From Cirrosporium novae-zelandiae (lineage: Eukaryota), in contig JAPETS010000002.1 in the NCBI GenBank assembly GCA_026023565.1, positions 1,240,001 through 1,304,000 of the forward strand: DNA of 64,000 bases. Direction: 5' to 3'. Below the pieces are notes generated by a model. That model searched no databases and was not told the DNA's origin. It saw only the letters and a program-made list of their open reading frames with translations. Below are positions 37,942 through 51,848 of this stretch, in pieces. How positions within the stretch are numbered: the stretch's first letter is position 1; every line of letters begins with the position of its first letter. Made by a program: the position numbers and the translations under genes.

Positions 37942-40302
37942 TGCTGCTATGTACTTACTTACGTACTCACGGCCCTCTTGTCTTTCATTCGGAATTATCC
38001 CGGATCCGTGATTGCAAATAGAAGAATCGCTCTCATTGTTAAGGCAAGCCGGAAAGCATATCCCAAAAAACTATGAATGTGATCTTCTAGGTTTTGTGCT
38101 ATTTTCAGGGGCACCATGCAAATCATGTCTACTTCAACTTGAGCCGCCCACGCCGCCGTCCTCGTCTCCCCGATTCCAGGGACAGCATCATGCGTAGATC
38201 TCTGCTGCATTGGGGTAAACATCATCACGCCGTCACTCTTAATGCTTTTTAACACTGAAGCCAAGAACGGCTTCCTGTCTCCATCGTGGCCTCAACCATG
38301 AACCAAGATAGAATTTCCTGTCATCCATCTGGGAAAAAGGTGTTTTCCTGGTCTCTTTTTGTTTTTTGTTTTAATATAAACACTGTTTAATAAACATCCG
38401 CCGATCTGCGCGGAATGTTATCTGGTACTAAACAATAAAGTATGGGTCGACTCTTTCGATAGTTAAGTAGTGTATCTCGTCCAAGTCGATAGGTCGAACA
38501 CTCATCATGTTCGGGGAAATAAGCTGACTTCATGATCCAGTGATTCAGGTGAGAAGCTTCAAGAATTGTGAGAGCAATGTTAGAGCCCGCCTGAGGTCTG
38601 GACGCCTCCCAACGTTCCTGGTCTGCTGGCTTACTTGTCAGGTAGGTAGGTTGCTTTCCTCCAAAACGTGCGCTGGTTTCAGCTGAAGTGTTAGAATTTT
38701 CAACGGACAGAAGTCACTGAACTGACAGCAGTTGGAAACATTTGGGCTTTGGGCTGTGAGCTTTGAGCTTTGAGCTTTAGCTTGTGGCCAGCCTACCACT
38801 GTGCGTAGAAACGCTATCTTTGATCCATTTACCCGATCTTGACAATTTCCCTGATTATATTTTTTTTATTTTTTTTAGTTGACCGTGCATGGCCAAATTA
38901 ACTTTTCCAATCTTCTCGACTGTAAGTGTCCGTGATTGTCTTGGAGTGTAACGTTAGGTCTCCTCCAACAACATCATGACGTCGAAGTCAGTATAGAGCC
39001 AATGCTGGACCTTTCAACTTACTACACTGCCATGTGGAGATATTATATGAATCACCCAAATCTCCAGTCTTGTCCTCCAGCTCTTCAGTCCCCTAGAGGG
39101 TATCGCCGTAATAGAGACACGCAATCAACAGGTAAGGATAGGAAGGAAGATACCTCTCAATGGTGCAACAGCTTTCGCAATGTGTTGCTACACTCTTCGC
39201 CCCCAAATGAGTCTTCCAACTGATGGATGATGTGCCCACTCTCCGGTCACCCACACAGCAGCCACTTATGGCTGTGGATCGACAGGAACAATCACCGTGG
39301 TCCAGGTATCACACAAAAGTAAACAAACAATAAGACGTGTTCCATCATAATCCAATAGACATCCCGGTTCCCCCCATCCTCGATACCTTGAATTCCCTTG
39401 AGACCCAATACCATGGACATCCTTGCGCCAGGTCTTTCACCCCCGGATCATTCCGCACTTATCAACTCACCACTTCACGCGAAGTCGTTATCCTTGCCGC
39501 CACTTTCTCGCCATCAAGGACCAAGGAAAACTATCTATTTTGTTAGTTCTGCTTGGTGAATAGAAAGGGAAAGACAAAAATACTAAGCTCGGAAAGAAGT
39601 AAAGGCGTGTAAAAACAGAACCTACAAGTCAGATTCCTGATCGGTCATTCGTCATCAATAAAAAATACTTTCTGGGATAATCCCTTGGATATATTTCTAC
39701 TCTAGGAACAACGTAACGTTACAAATCTAGAGTCTCTATACTCGCCACTTTGACGTTTTGAGCCCAACACCGAGGAATCCGGACCCAAGGTCCGATGCGC
39801 CCCTACTTTTTCGATTGGTATTCAGGCCTTAACGTCTATTGACCGTAACACAAGTCACGTCAGGTTATCACTGTGCTTGAGTCCACGTTTCACCATCAAT
39901 ACCCAATAGTTTGGAGTCGGAGAAGGATTTTAAAAAAATATAAATGGGCTGAAACGGCATAAATGCCTATCGTAGTCCTTATTCAAATCACGCAGTGAAA
40001 GTATTGTATAAGACCGTCCTTGGTTTTGCTACCTGCCCTTGACCATGCTAGGCTTATGTTTCTACGTTCTGCATGTCCCTCGCAGCAATATCACTTAAGA
40101 ACGAATACTAATAAAATACCATGGCGCTATCTCCTTCCTAGCACCTGGAGCTACGCCTATCTGATGTACCTTGACCCCATAATTTTGCGTTGACGTAACC
40201 CACGCTATGCGAAAACATCCATAGGGTATTATTTGGGAAGCAATGCTCATAACACTTGAGAACAAGAGGAAACAAAAAGTAGAAAGGAACTATGATCAAA
40301 TA

Positions 40303-43300
40303 TCACACCTGATCATCCCCTTCATCGTCATCAAGATCCACAATCGATTCCACGGTATCGGAGATTTCACGTCCCACCGTGTTGACGGTAATACGCCGAC
40401 CGCGATTATATTCCGGTGTGCCATCACGAGATGCACCAAAATCGAGTACCTGTAAAAGTCCCATTAATTTCATCCAGATGCTAAGATGACATTCTATCGT
40501 ATCTTACCTCAATATAAGTCATGTTGTTCCGTTGAACAGCCGCAACACACCTTCGCTCGTCAAACTTGACCTGCCAGACGCCACTGAGGTCGGTGAGAAG
40601 ATCTTTAACACATTCTCCAGATCTAACATTCCACATTTTCAAAGTTCGATCAGAACCTGATACAACCTTGATCGCATCATGCTGGAAGCAGGTGATAGCA
40701 CCAGTATGTGCAGTCAGTGTACTTTTGCATTGTCCTGTCTCAGGATCCCAGATCCGTAATGTCGAGTCTGCTGCTGCTGATACTAGGCGGTCATTATTGA
40801 GGTCTAATAGTCCGACAAGAGATGAGTGGCCTTCCAAATTATATAAGATAGACCCGGTGTCAAGAGACCAGACTTTGACTAAATTGTCCATTGACCCACT
40901 GATACAGCGGTTACGCTTATGATCAAGGACTACGCTGTAGACCTTTTGGGTGTGGCCTTGCAGGCGATGAATAGTTTCACCAGTTGAGATCTTCCAGACT
41001 CTCACCGTGGTATCATAACTGCCACTAACCAATGTATCCGCATAAGCAGCTACAGCTCGTACGGAGTGTGCATGGCCAGCCAGGACTCTAATGAAAAAGG
41101 GGTTTTCGTCGTCGTCCTTTGACTGCTGTTGGCTTGTCTGGTAGAATGTGTTTTCATCTTCCCGCGGCAGTTTCCATATTCGAATATTTGAATCTCGTGA
41201 TCCAGTAACGATCAACGGTTCATTCGGGGTCATAATTGGTCTTCCATCTACTGTCTCTCCAACTTTGACTGGCATGATTATCTGAAGACAACGGACGGTA
41301 GATGTATGTCCCTGGAATATCTGTGTGCATCGTTCGTTTTTAATATCCCAGACACGAACAGACCTGTCAGTTGAACCAGATACAAGCGTATTACCAACAT
41401 ATTGCAAGGCCCAAACACCTCCTTCATGGCCCTTGAGCTTCGTCCTCAGCGCACCAGTTCGTGTGTCATAGACGTGAATCTCATTATCGTCGCTACCTGT
41501 GATGATTTTATCATTATCAAACTGAAGACAGGTTACGACATGGCGATCGTGAGCTCGGAATGCAAGATGCTGCGGTTTGATTTCATCTTGCATCCAGCTC
41601 TTTCGTATTAGGTAGTGTCGACGGTAGAGGGATTTATAAAGATGAAGTCCTCTTAAACTCGGCAAGCCGACGTTGGCATATGGAACAGCCGCGGCTGCCG
41701 CAGTTGCAGCAGCATAGGGACCCTCTACGTTCTGCATTTGCGACATCCAGTTTGGTTCGATATCCTTGTCTCTCTGGCTTGCAGCTTTCCGTTTTGGTTG
41801 CTTACGGCTTCCAAATTTCGTGGTGGCCTTACGCTTTGATCGCCGCGAGGGAGCAGGGGATCTGTTCTTTGCAAGGCTACTGGAAAATATATCGGATCCC
41901 AGCAATAGAGTTGCACTCGACGGCGAAGAATAGTCACTCTCAGTCTTTGGGGCGGTGGATGGATTCAAGTCCTGCTCGGCGCCTTCAGGTCCGTATGAGT
42001 ATTGCCAACCCCAACCTTCCTGGATAGCTCGTTGCAGTTCGCCTTCAGGCAAATCGAATCCTTCTTTCTCAAATAGTTGTTGCCAAGCCTTTTCATCGGA
42101 GTCAACTATTTGCCTCCACTTCTTGGAGACTTGCGCAGCACGACACATGCTCTTAACATCAAGAGATTTTACAATGTTGAGGGTTAACTCTAAGGGTAGA
42201 TGGGCAAAGAAGTCTCGTTTAATCGCTGGGTTCACAATGTCGGCAACAATTTGTAAAGCTGGTCTCGGACACCGGCGAAGCATTTGATACATCACAAGAC
42301 TCTTCAGTTCATCAGGTATTGCCTCGAACATGTCCAACATCTTTGGTATATCCATCAAGGTTGGGCCTAATTGTGGACCGTCCGAGCATAATCCAGGTGC
42401 CGTATAGGAACTTGTACCAGATGCGCAGTCGGCGCCCACAGTCGAGGAAGCTTCAGAAAACGATAACGACAAATCATTTTCCCGATTAATTGGTGTTAGA
42501 GCCCCATGGCGTAGTAGTGTTTGGGATGTAGCATCTGCACCAGAGTAGTTCGCATTAAGACGCTGCAAATTGGCAGCGGCAGTTACCGGTGAAAGACTAG
42601 GGCTGGGCAAACTTAGATCCTGTATAGCTGCGGTATCGAGTTGAGCAAGTCGAGGCCGAGTTAATCCTAATGAATTTTCTACTAATTCTCCACCATCCTC
42701 AGAGGCCTCCAGTTCTGCTAGTGATGTCGTGGTTGTGGGATCAGTGATATTCTGGAATGAATTTCCAGGAGTCGGGCCCTGTCCTTCGTCCAAATTTTCT
42801 GAATCCAATCCTATCTCAGTGAACTTTTTTTTTGATCCTTGTGTTGATATAGACGATACTCTATGAGATTTGTCTCGGGGAGATGGAGATTCAAGAGCCT
42901 GATCTGGTTCGAGGAATGATGTGGTAGGAGTTTCTTGGAGTCTAGAACGACGATATCCTTGGCTACGTCTAGTACGACCGCGGGGATTTCGATTCTCACT
43001 ACCCAAAACTCCACCGCTATCGGTATCAGGCGTTGCAGGCCCGGTCGTAGACATAGACAACATATGGTTTAATGATACGTCATTGCCACTATCAATGTCG
43101 ATTTGATTCCGAGCTACCCTCTTGGAGACACGTCTAGAGCCATTTTTCCCTCGTTGTTGATTAGCCAACTCCACGGCTTTCGATATAGAAACTGGCGATG
43201 GAGATGTTGGTTCCGGGTTTACCGCTGATGCTCGAGTTCGTTGACTTTGTCGAGTGGATCGTCGTTGCTGGAGCTTCGATGTTTCGAAATGGGGTGGAAA

Positions 43301-43866
43301 TAGTGTTACAGACTCTAGCCTACCGTTTGCTGACCTCAAGTTTTCGGCTCGTCGCTTAAGCTAAGATGAGATGATGAGTTATCAGCACAAACTTCTTAAT
43401 CAGATAAAAAACGGAACGCGGAGATCATAATATAGAGCCTGCCCTTCCCGAACCCTCCAACTTGGCTTACATTGTGCAACTCCTTCTCTGTATCTTCCGC
43501 TTCAGTAAAATATCCAGGTACTCCTTCCAAATCAAAGCATATTCGTTTTACAGACGGTGGTGTAGGAGCAGCGGCAAGCGGGTATAATTTGGGATCTCGC
43601 TCAAGATGACGCGGTGCTTTCATGACGAGTGGAGGAAAATTTGTCGTGGTTGTCGTGGTTGTTGTTACTACAGTAGTCTGTGTGGTTGGAGCAAAAGAAA
43701 ACTGGCCTAGAGAATAGGAACGTGGCATATTTTCAAACGAGCTTGCCACCATGGCCGCAGATGGTCTTGTCGAACTGTTGAGGACATGAGACGTCGATGA
43801 ACGTCGTCTCTTATCAGCCGAAGTGAACATGGGTTTAGCAACATGTCGTGGCGTATTGGCCTCCAT
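40303..43866 (-). CDS. CDC4: F-box/WD40 SCF substrate receptor Cdc4/Fbw7
   Basis: D-domain, F-box DFFAHLPLELTLNIV..AAQVSKKW, WD40 propeller HVVTCLQFD, GHEGGVWAL, GHTSTVRCL, terminal IE|VLDFG. Introns at 43361-43470 and 40450-40507. Confidence 0.93.
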
Positions 43867-45468
43867 GTTGACCTGAAAGGGTTTTGGAGCAGGATCGATG
43901 CTAGCTCGAGTTGCAAGTGGTAGGGAGAACAAAGGTCAGAAACCTTTAAGTCTCTATTTGAATTTGAAATTTGAATAATTCAAACCCCATGAGAACCGGT
44001 TATATCTGATGTTTTGGGGTCCAAATAAGAACTAGCAATTTCCCCACGTTTGGTTCTCTGGACTCGGGATCGAAAGGAGCAAAGACGCTTTTTCGAAACC
44101 GAAGTTACAAACACTTTCTCGACGTAACTAGATTAGTTCTATGGTAGTTTGGACCAGCCTGGGGTTAATCTGTTGAGGAGAGAGTGGTGAAGAAAACGGT
44201 GAAGCGGGTAGGGAGATTTCTGGATTTCTCTGTTGACCGAAAGAGAAGGCAGTGAGACAGAAAGAAGGATTACGGTCACGGCTCACACTGATGGGGGTTT
44301 TCCTTCCATTGCAATTATCGTCCGAAGGCCTATCCTTGTCTTAAGTGGTCGCCCCTCGGCAAGCGCGACTAAAAGCGACTAAGTCGGTGGCTTGTAAGCA
44401 TTTTCTTACCGGATAAATCCACCCTCCGGCGTCACACATCACAACCCCACCTAACATTCGACCTCCCAAGACCCCATCCCGACAGATAATTAAAAAAAAA
44501 TACTTTGTAATATCATTTTGTTGTGCTTTCTAATCTCTTAAAAATGTAATGTGTCTGTTAACCCTATCAGGGTTATCATCATCTATCTCCTTACAGTACA
44601 TTATTTTAATTCAATACCTATTTCACCATGTTTTCTACAAATATCTTACTCATTATTTTGCTTTATTAATGGCATATCGTCTTTTTCAATATTCAGACTC
44701 TTAATAACATTTGCAACTTGACCTGTGTTTGTTCTTATATTCTTGTTATTATCCTTGCAATTTTGTTTGCTACATGTCAATTGTGGTGATAATTTCCAAT
44801 CAACAAATGAGGGAAAGTTTCTTTTTTTGAGAGAGAGAGATTCTTACTTGGAGGACTCTTTAATGCGAATGTTGATATGTTAACTGTGGAAGTTCAATGA
44901 ATTCTTGTTGCCGGGGGTCCTTTGATTGAGCTCAAAGCTTGCGGCTGGCCAAGTAAAAGGGCGGCTACCATAAGGGTACGTTGAACAAACACCAGTCATA
45001 TGCGCTACTTGCCACGGTACAAGAGTTCCTAGCCATATAAATTTCATATAGTTCAAGTTATAAAGAAACGTGATCTCACTCCATTCCTTATCAAACCTAA
45101 AGAGAAATATCCTATTCCGCTCTAACATTCACTATGAAATCAGAAATTAGTTGAACCATCCTTGCCGGAAGTCAGTTCTCTATCCGTCTATGAACCTAGT
45201 CTAATATATAAACTGGCTGGTAGGTAATACCTTTCGGTCATAGCCTGGCGATTCAATTGCTGTATCACCATGGCAGAATTCTACTTCTAAGCCGCAGGAA
45301 GCTTCGTAAGACTGCATAAAAAGCCGCAGTGCGGCGCAGGGCTCTTTAGCGCCAGTTCCGAACCTCGCTCGGTAGAATGCATATCTCCAAAATTTATTAG
45401 ACTATTCAACTCTTCAACCTCATTTATCTTTTTCATTTTAACCATCCCTAAATAAACAGACCTTTAGC

Positions 45469-48298
45469 ATGGCGGGGACTCAGGTCATGCAATTACGCCC
45501 AACGGCTGTGGTACCCCAGAAGGAAACTCTGAGTAAAGAAGAGAACTCTACTATGAAGCAGGCCCTCACTTATCAAGCTCAATCAACACCTCAAGAAGTC
45601 CACCAGAAACAGAGCTTGGAAATCGTCAAGACTATGATTCATGGATCGGTAAGTACCTTTCAATCATCTTCCTTCTAAACATTAAGCTCACCACTTTTCT
45701 TTGCAACCTACAGCTCGGTTGCATTGCATTCCTCAGGTAAGCCATATGCAATAAGCCCGTTGATCAGTTGACTAAAGCTTTTTTTCAGAGAACTCTTTCC
45801 TGTCTCCTGTTTCTGTGACCGATCGTACTATTCAGGGGCCTCTAGAAATATCTATCTGACCTATGAGGATTTCTTGGCTGGTCGGCTCTCCAAAGGGAAC
45901 CGTAAGGGAGGAGATGACCAACCTAACAAGGAATACTCTGGGTTTGCGATGAAAGTGCTAGGCCGAGGACGTAATAAAAAGGTTGATCAGCTCCTTGACT
46001 ACCTGGTAAGAGCTTTCAGCCGACTTATCGAGGTTTAAATACCTGACGGGACAAGGAAAACGGGGTCTTCGATGCGCTCAAGAAGCGTGTACTCTCCACA
46101 CTACAACTCGCTATCTTCACAGACAAGGAGGATCCTTCTAAGGTCATCGAGAGCTATACGTTTACTTTTCAATATACGGGGAATGTCCACGATCCTAACC
46201 GTCGATTGACCGGAATTGGGCTTCAGGGACCGAAAGGAAAGCCGGTCCTCCTTCCAGATGTCAAATTCGAGGTTGAGCGTGTAGTTCGCCTACTATGTGT
46301 CTTGACTCAAATGTTACCAAGGCTACCAGGTAAATAACCTTCAATGCTCTTCCAGGAGCTGCTAACTTACCATGAAAATTCCGTTAGACAAATGTTACGT
46401 GAACATGTACCTTTTCTACACTGATGACTGTCCTAGAGATTATGAACCTCCACTCTTCAAGCAATTTGAGGATGATATCATGTTCCTGGGAGAAGCCCCC
46501 GGTTGGACAAGGAGTACAGAAACTTGCGGTCAGATTGATACTGGCTTCCATAGGTACTACCCCTTTATGCTCAAGTATGGCAGCAAGCTGATCTTTGGTA
46601 TTTAGCGTGAGTGTAAAAATGGATTGCCTGCAAAATACAAAACCCTCCTCGAATACCTTGGAGAATGATTACCAAATTCCAGATAATTTGACGTATGAAA
46701 AGCAGGTGTCACGGCCTCAGAAAGCAGAGCCATCCATGATTCAATCAATCATGTCAGTTGTAGATTCGTCCGAACCTGCACAGCAGAGTGAGGAAAGAAC
46801 AGCTATATCCGGGCCGACAGAACAAAATAGTGGGGTTCCTAACCCAGAGCATCGAAATGGGACTGCAATGCCTTTATCGGAATCGACGCAGCAAGTTGAG
46901 GATCGCTTGACCTCAGAGAGGTTACAAAAGATGATGCCGGTATCGTACCCAAGTCTCAATTTTAGATTTAGTTACAATTTACCAATTGTTATAGTCCAAA
47001 CTCTCCACCCAGGACAGTGGCCTCACTCCTACGCAGTCTATTGGCAGTTTTTCCGCCCATGCATCGGAGGCCTTGCAAATCTCTCAGGCTACATATGCTA
47101 ATGCGCAACGAAAACGCAAGGAACAGACAGATACGACTACGGCTGTAGCTACTGATGCCGGTGATCAAATCCATTGCGAATGCGGGTTTGACGAAGAATT
47201 TTCTGATATGGTATAAGCGTGCCACTATTCTTCAAAGCATCATGTTACTAACTGCTATAGATCAAATGTCACAGCTGCTCAACTTGGCAACATTCTCACT
47301 GCTACGGCTATCATAGCACGAACGACCCTAGATTGCCTAAACCACATCTCTGTTATAGATGTATGTTGGGTACCTATGAAGCTCAACTTTTCTCCGAGAT
47401 GAAGGACCTTGCTTTGTTTCGACATGCATTGCATATAGTTTATGATTTAGGATATCCTCTAAAAAATAATGAGTTCAGCGAGAGTTTAGGTATACCACCT
47501 GCCAAGTCTAGTCCTGGACTTATCTGACTCTGTATAGGTTGCAGCAATCAAACGGCAGCTATTGTTCGCAAACGTCTCAAGACAGAAGGCTATCTGATGG
47601 ACACGCCCGGGTCCCACGACAAGAACTTTAATAGCAAGAATTTACCAAAATTTCGTGCTATCAATACGCCTGCTCAGGTTGAGAAGAGAAATAGAAATTA
47701 TTTTGATCCGCTGCTAAAAGTCGCCCACCACGTAAGTTGAAATTCCCTATCAATGGCTATGCCTACTTCTAATCAAACCTCGAAGTTCGATAATCTACAC
47801 CCAACTCTACCTCAGCAAGAGTCAACTTTTGCGCCTATCGCTCCTCCAGACTCTGCCGCAGCTACAATATCAGTGGCTACCACATCCATAGCCCAAGGCG
47901 ATGAAAGAAGGGTCACAGAAAGTGTTGCAACCTACGAACAAACAGATGAGCTTGTTGATCTCATGTCTCCCCCCTCTCGCAAAGGCTCCTCCAAGTTGTC
48001 ACTCGTTAAAACTCGACGTATAGGCCTCCAGCGTAGCTCCCCAATTGATGAGGTAATAGTCCACTTGGCACATGACCGAAGTGCCATGAGTGAAGAGCTC
48101 GGCGAAGCCATGAGATCCAGGAGCAGCAGCGTCATCAAGGACAATGCAGAGCTATCTCAATCACGTAGGGAGCTAAGACGAACCCCCATGCGCAGTAAGC
48201 GACAGCGTGAGATTGATGAGGACTTGCATACCTCCAAAAAGCTCAAGGCCAGTGATGCCAGAAAGGCCATCAGTGTAGAGGGAAGTGACGATGAATAA
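45469..48298 (+). CDS. HOP1: Meiotic chromosome-axis protein Hop1 (HORMA, PHD, winged helix)
   Basis: HORMA motifs QSLEIVKTMI, ELFP, LLDYL|ENGVFDAL, IESYTFTFQY, LFYTDDCPRDYEPPLF; PHD finger IHCECG..MIKCHSCSTWQHSHCYGY..HLCYRC; about nine introns. Confidence 0.9.
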
Positions 48299-48996
48299 GA
48301 GATGTTGGCGTTGCTATGATTTGATGTGCTCTCCACCGAAGGGCTTCGGCGAAGGATCGTGATGATGTAGGAGTACCGTGTGAGTAATAGCATGTGATGC
48401 TTTTAGTAGTCGATAGCAATAGCTCATTGGTTGTCCAGGGTCATGTTTTGGTACCTGGCCCATGACCTAAAGTAGCACAGCCACTTCGTCAAAAATGTAG
48501 AATAAACTTTACCTAAATACCCCATCTCCCCATTTCCCCCCCAACTCTATTGCCAATAAAGTATGAATAATCGCATGAGTTGTTCAAGAGGTGGTTATGG
48601 AGCGTTTCCTCCCGTGCCGCCTATGAACCAGATATGCACGCCAGAACCTGGCTTTGCCTACTTTTAGAAGTCTTTCTAGGTTCTATTAACTAAGAACCAT
48701 GCTTAATATGCTAATCTTAACCCAGCCGAGCTTATTTACCATGCTGGCATTAATCTCATCTAGAACACCAAATTGCAGATGATCACCCAACTAGCGGAAT
48801 GAAAATCCACAATTTATATCCGCATTCCGTAAAGAGAAAGAAGATGGGAAGCCCATAAGCACTAGCTTATGGACTGTAGAATGGACTAAGATGGACAGAA
48901 AAGATATTTAATTATCTGACTTCCGCATCATGATTCTTCAAATAATTGAAGGCCAGAAGCTGACTACTTGCTGATTACATTGCATAACAGCCCACC

Positions 48997-50421
48997 ATGA
49001 GCCTGAAATATTTCACCCTTCTTACAGCTTTCTTCATAGCCTCTCTTATCCCTAACCTTGCCTCTGCTTCCACCAATATCAATATCACCGACTTCTCCAA
49101 CTGTTCTACAATCACCCGAGATATCCTGGTCATCGGTGGCGGATCGGCCGGGACATATGCAGCTATTAGGCTCCAATCCCTCAACCAATCCGTCATTGTA
49201 GTTGAAGAAAAAGATCGGTTGGGCGGCCACACAGAAACATTTACCTCCCCCACCAACAGCAGCCAACATGTGGACTACGGAGTCGAAGTCTGGCACAATA
49301 ATTCCATTGTGAACAACTACGTCTCCAGTCTCGGTGTTGAGCTGGCCAGCTCAAGTTATTCAACGGCGGGTATCACGCCCATGTACGTAAACTTCAAGAC
49401 CGGGAAGGTTGTTCAAGGGTACGAGCCTCCGAATTCCACGGCCGTGCAGTCGGCGTTGGAGAAGTACGCTCTTCAGCTTGCAAAATATCCATATCTGGAT
49501 AACGGGTTCGATTTACCGGACCCCGTTCCAGAGGATTTGCTGATCCCGTTCGGAGAGTTCGCGGACAAATACGACCTCCATGCTGCTGTACCAACGTTCT
49601 TTAATTTTGGACAGGGTCTCGGGGATTTTCTTAAACAGCCCACACTATATGTGATGAAGCTTTTAGGGCTGACTATTATCGAGGGGATGACGAATGGCTT
49701 TATTGCCTCGGTGAACCATGATAATAGCGAGTTATATGAAAAAGCAGCAGCCGTGCTTGGAGAGGAAAACATCTTGTTAAATAGTCATGTTGTGGCAATG
49801 GATCGGAACGAAACGGGATGCATCAAAGTTTTGGTTGATACTCCTGCAGGGAAAAAGCTCATCTTAGCAGAGAAAATTGTTGTTGCCATCCCACCCAAAC
49901 TAAACAACCTAGCTGGGTTCGACCTCGACTCGACAGAACAATCGCTTTTTAAGCAATTTACGAATACAGCCTACTACACCTGTCTGCTGTGGAATACAGG
50001 AATCCCCGAAAACGTTGTGCTTTACAACACGGCTCCCAACACCACTGATAACCTCCCCTATTTACCAGGCATCTACACCATCGCTTCAACAAGAATCCCT
50101 GGTCTCGAAACCCTGAAGTACGGTAGTGCTAGCCCTATCCCCATTTCGGAAGTGAAGGCAGATATCGTGAACAGCATCCTGCGCCTTAATACGGTCGGCA
50201 CACTAAACACCACGACGCCTGAATTTGCGGTCCTCAAGGCACACGTGCCGTTCGAGTTGACAGTGCCAGCGGATGCTATTGCGGATGGCTTCTATAAGAA
50301 GGCCGTGGCATTGCAAGGCTATAGAAACACATTTTGGACCGGTGCAGCCTGGCAGACTCATGATTCGAGTTTGATCTGGCAATACACAGAAGGGTTGCTG
50401 GGGAATATTACCGAAGCGTAA
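48997..50421 (+). CDS. Secreted FAD-dependent (amine oxidase-like) oxidoreductase
   Basis: Hydrophobic signal peptide, Rossmann motif DILVIGGGSAGTYAA..VVEEKDRLGGH, C-terminal LQGYRNTFWTGAAW..HDSSLIW; intronless, with many N-glycosylation sequons. Confidence 0.88.
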   Translation: MSLKYFTLLTAFFIASLIPNLASASTNINITDFSNCSTITRDILVIGGGSAGTYAAIRLQSLNQSVIVVEEKDRLGGHTETFTSPTNSSQHVDYGVEVWHNNSIVNNYVSSLGVELASSSYSTAGITPMYVNFKTGKVVQGYEPPNSTAVQSALEKYALQLAKYPYLDNGFDLPDPVPEDLLIPFGEFADKYDLHAAVPTFFNFGQGLGDFLKQPTLYVMKLLGLTIIEGMTNGFIASVNHDNSELYEKAAAVLGEENILLNSHVVAMDRNETGCIKVLVDTPAGKKLILAEKIVVAIPPKLNNLAGFDLDSTEQSLFKQFTNTAYYTCLLWNTGIPENVVLYNTAPNTTDNLPYLPGIYTIASTRIPGLETLKYGSASPIPISEVKADIVNSILRLNTVGTLNTTTPEFAVLKAHVPFELTVPADAIADGFYKKAVALQGYRNTFWTGAAWQTHDSSLIWQYTEGLLGNITEA

Positions 50422-50573
50422 CAGTGGAAGATGCGAGTGCCGCGTGTTGGTAGTATCGGGCTTTGGATAAGGTAGGTAACCCACTGCTAGCAGCCACATT
50501 GTAATGTAAACCATCTGCTTAGATACTAGTCCATATTAGAGTAGCATATTCAGCCCTTGGAATTTCAGATTAT

Positions 50574-51539
50574 TCAAGATAGTTCATTTGAGAGATTAGC
50601 GCTTTCTGCGCCGGCGTCGGCTTTGACCGCCACTGGTTTCTTTCTAGTCAAAGGATTTATCCCCGCGGCCGACAGAATAGCCCATCTAACACTAGCAACA
50701 CCATCTTCATTACTCCTCGCAAATTTGGAATCGGTGGAACATCCAACCAACTCACCTAGAGCCGGGGGTCCATCATCCATCCCAGGGGGCTGAACAATCC
50801 GTCTCACCTCATTAAACACTCCCTGCAGTGGCCCAGACCTCGACTCCGACCGATCAACTTGCTGCTGTTTCCCCGGAATGGCCTTGAAGAAGCAATCGGC
50901 TTTACTCAGCACCACCTGATGAGAAACTCCATTCCGCCTCAGCAGGGCCAGCACATCCAGATCCGTACTCTTGACCCCATGCATCGCATCCACCAGCACA
51001 AAAACCCGTCGCAGTTGCTTTCTTCCCCGCAGGTACTTCATGATTTCCGTGCCCCACTCCCCGCGACTCGCCTTCCCGTACCCCGGCATATCCAGAAGCA
51101 CCAGCTTCCCGGAATTGGGATTGTCCTTCTCCCCACCAAGACTAAAAGCATTCATGGTCTTCGTCCGGCCGGGTTTGGAGGACGTCTGGCAGATGTCGGT
51201 GTAGAGGAGGGCGTTTATGAGGGAGGACTTGCCCACGTTTGAGCGGCCGATCATGGCCACCTCGGGGATGGAGCTGGATGGTATCATGAAGAACTTTGAG
51301 GCTGAGTAGAAGAGGTTCGGTCGGTTGCGGCGGAAGAATATGTTGGCGTGCTGGAGCTGTTGTCGGGTTGGCGGGATTGTGTCCCAGTAATAGGAAAGCA
51401 TTTCATGCTGGATGATGGGTTTGCTGGTTACTTGTCGTAGCTGGTGGAGGTGGTTTGCGGCTCCCTTTCCGCGGAGGAAAGGGCGTATTATTCCATTGAG
51501 ACTCATTTGCGGGGTTTGTTCGTTTATCTTTTTTTTCAT
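50574..51539 (-). CDS. EngB/YihA-family GTPase (mitochondrial Mrx8/GTPBP8-like)
   Basis: PEVAMIGRSNVGKSSLINAL (G1), KPGRTK (G2), DMPGYG (G3), SKAD (G4). The start may be the later Met at 51506. Confidence 0.9.
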   Translation of the reverse strand: MKKKINEQTPQMSLNGIIRPFLRGKGAANHLHQLRQVTSKPIIQHEMLSYYWDTIPPTRQQLQHANIFFRRNRPNLFYSASKFFMIPSSSIPEVAMIGRSNVGKSSLINALLYTDICQTSSKPGRTKTMNAFSLGGEKDNPNSGKLVLLDMPGYGKASRGEWGTEIMKYLRGRKQLRRVFVLVDAMHGVKSTDLDVLALLRRNGVSHQVVLSKADCFFKAIPGKQQQVDRSESRSGPLQGVFNEVRRIVQPPGMDDGPPALGELVGCSTDSKFARSNEDGVASVRWAILSAAGINPLTRKKPVAVKADAGAESANLSNELS

Positions 51540-51848
51540 GTCGGGCTTGGAAAATTTAAGAGGGAATGCCCGGCGGTGGCTTAAGCTTCAGCCTCATGTG
51601 GCTTTGTAGACCGGATAGAACCCGCACAAAGGGTGAAAAGTGGGTTGTAAGGCTGGTAATTACTCTAAGCTTTAACTCTAAGTAGCTAGAAGAATACCGC
51701 ACATGAAGCTAGTGAATAGACAATCGATTATCTCCCAGAGCCGTCATTTTCTATATCTCTACTAAACAAATCCTCGACACCGTCCACACCATCCACACAG
51801 TCTCAAACACCACAACCAACAACCATAAACCACAAATCCTAAACAACC

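Noticed and set aside
45288..45340. AGCCGC motifs upstream of HOP1 as URS1/Ume6 sites
   Set aside because: They only partly match TAGCCGCCGA, and that circuit is not established for this lineage.
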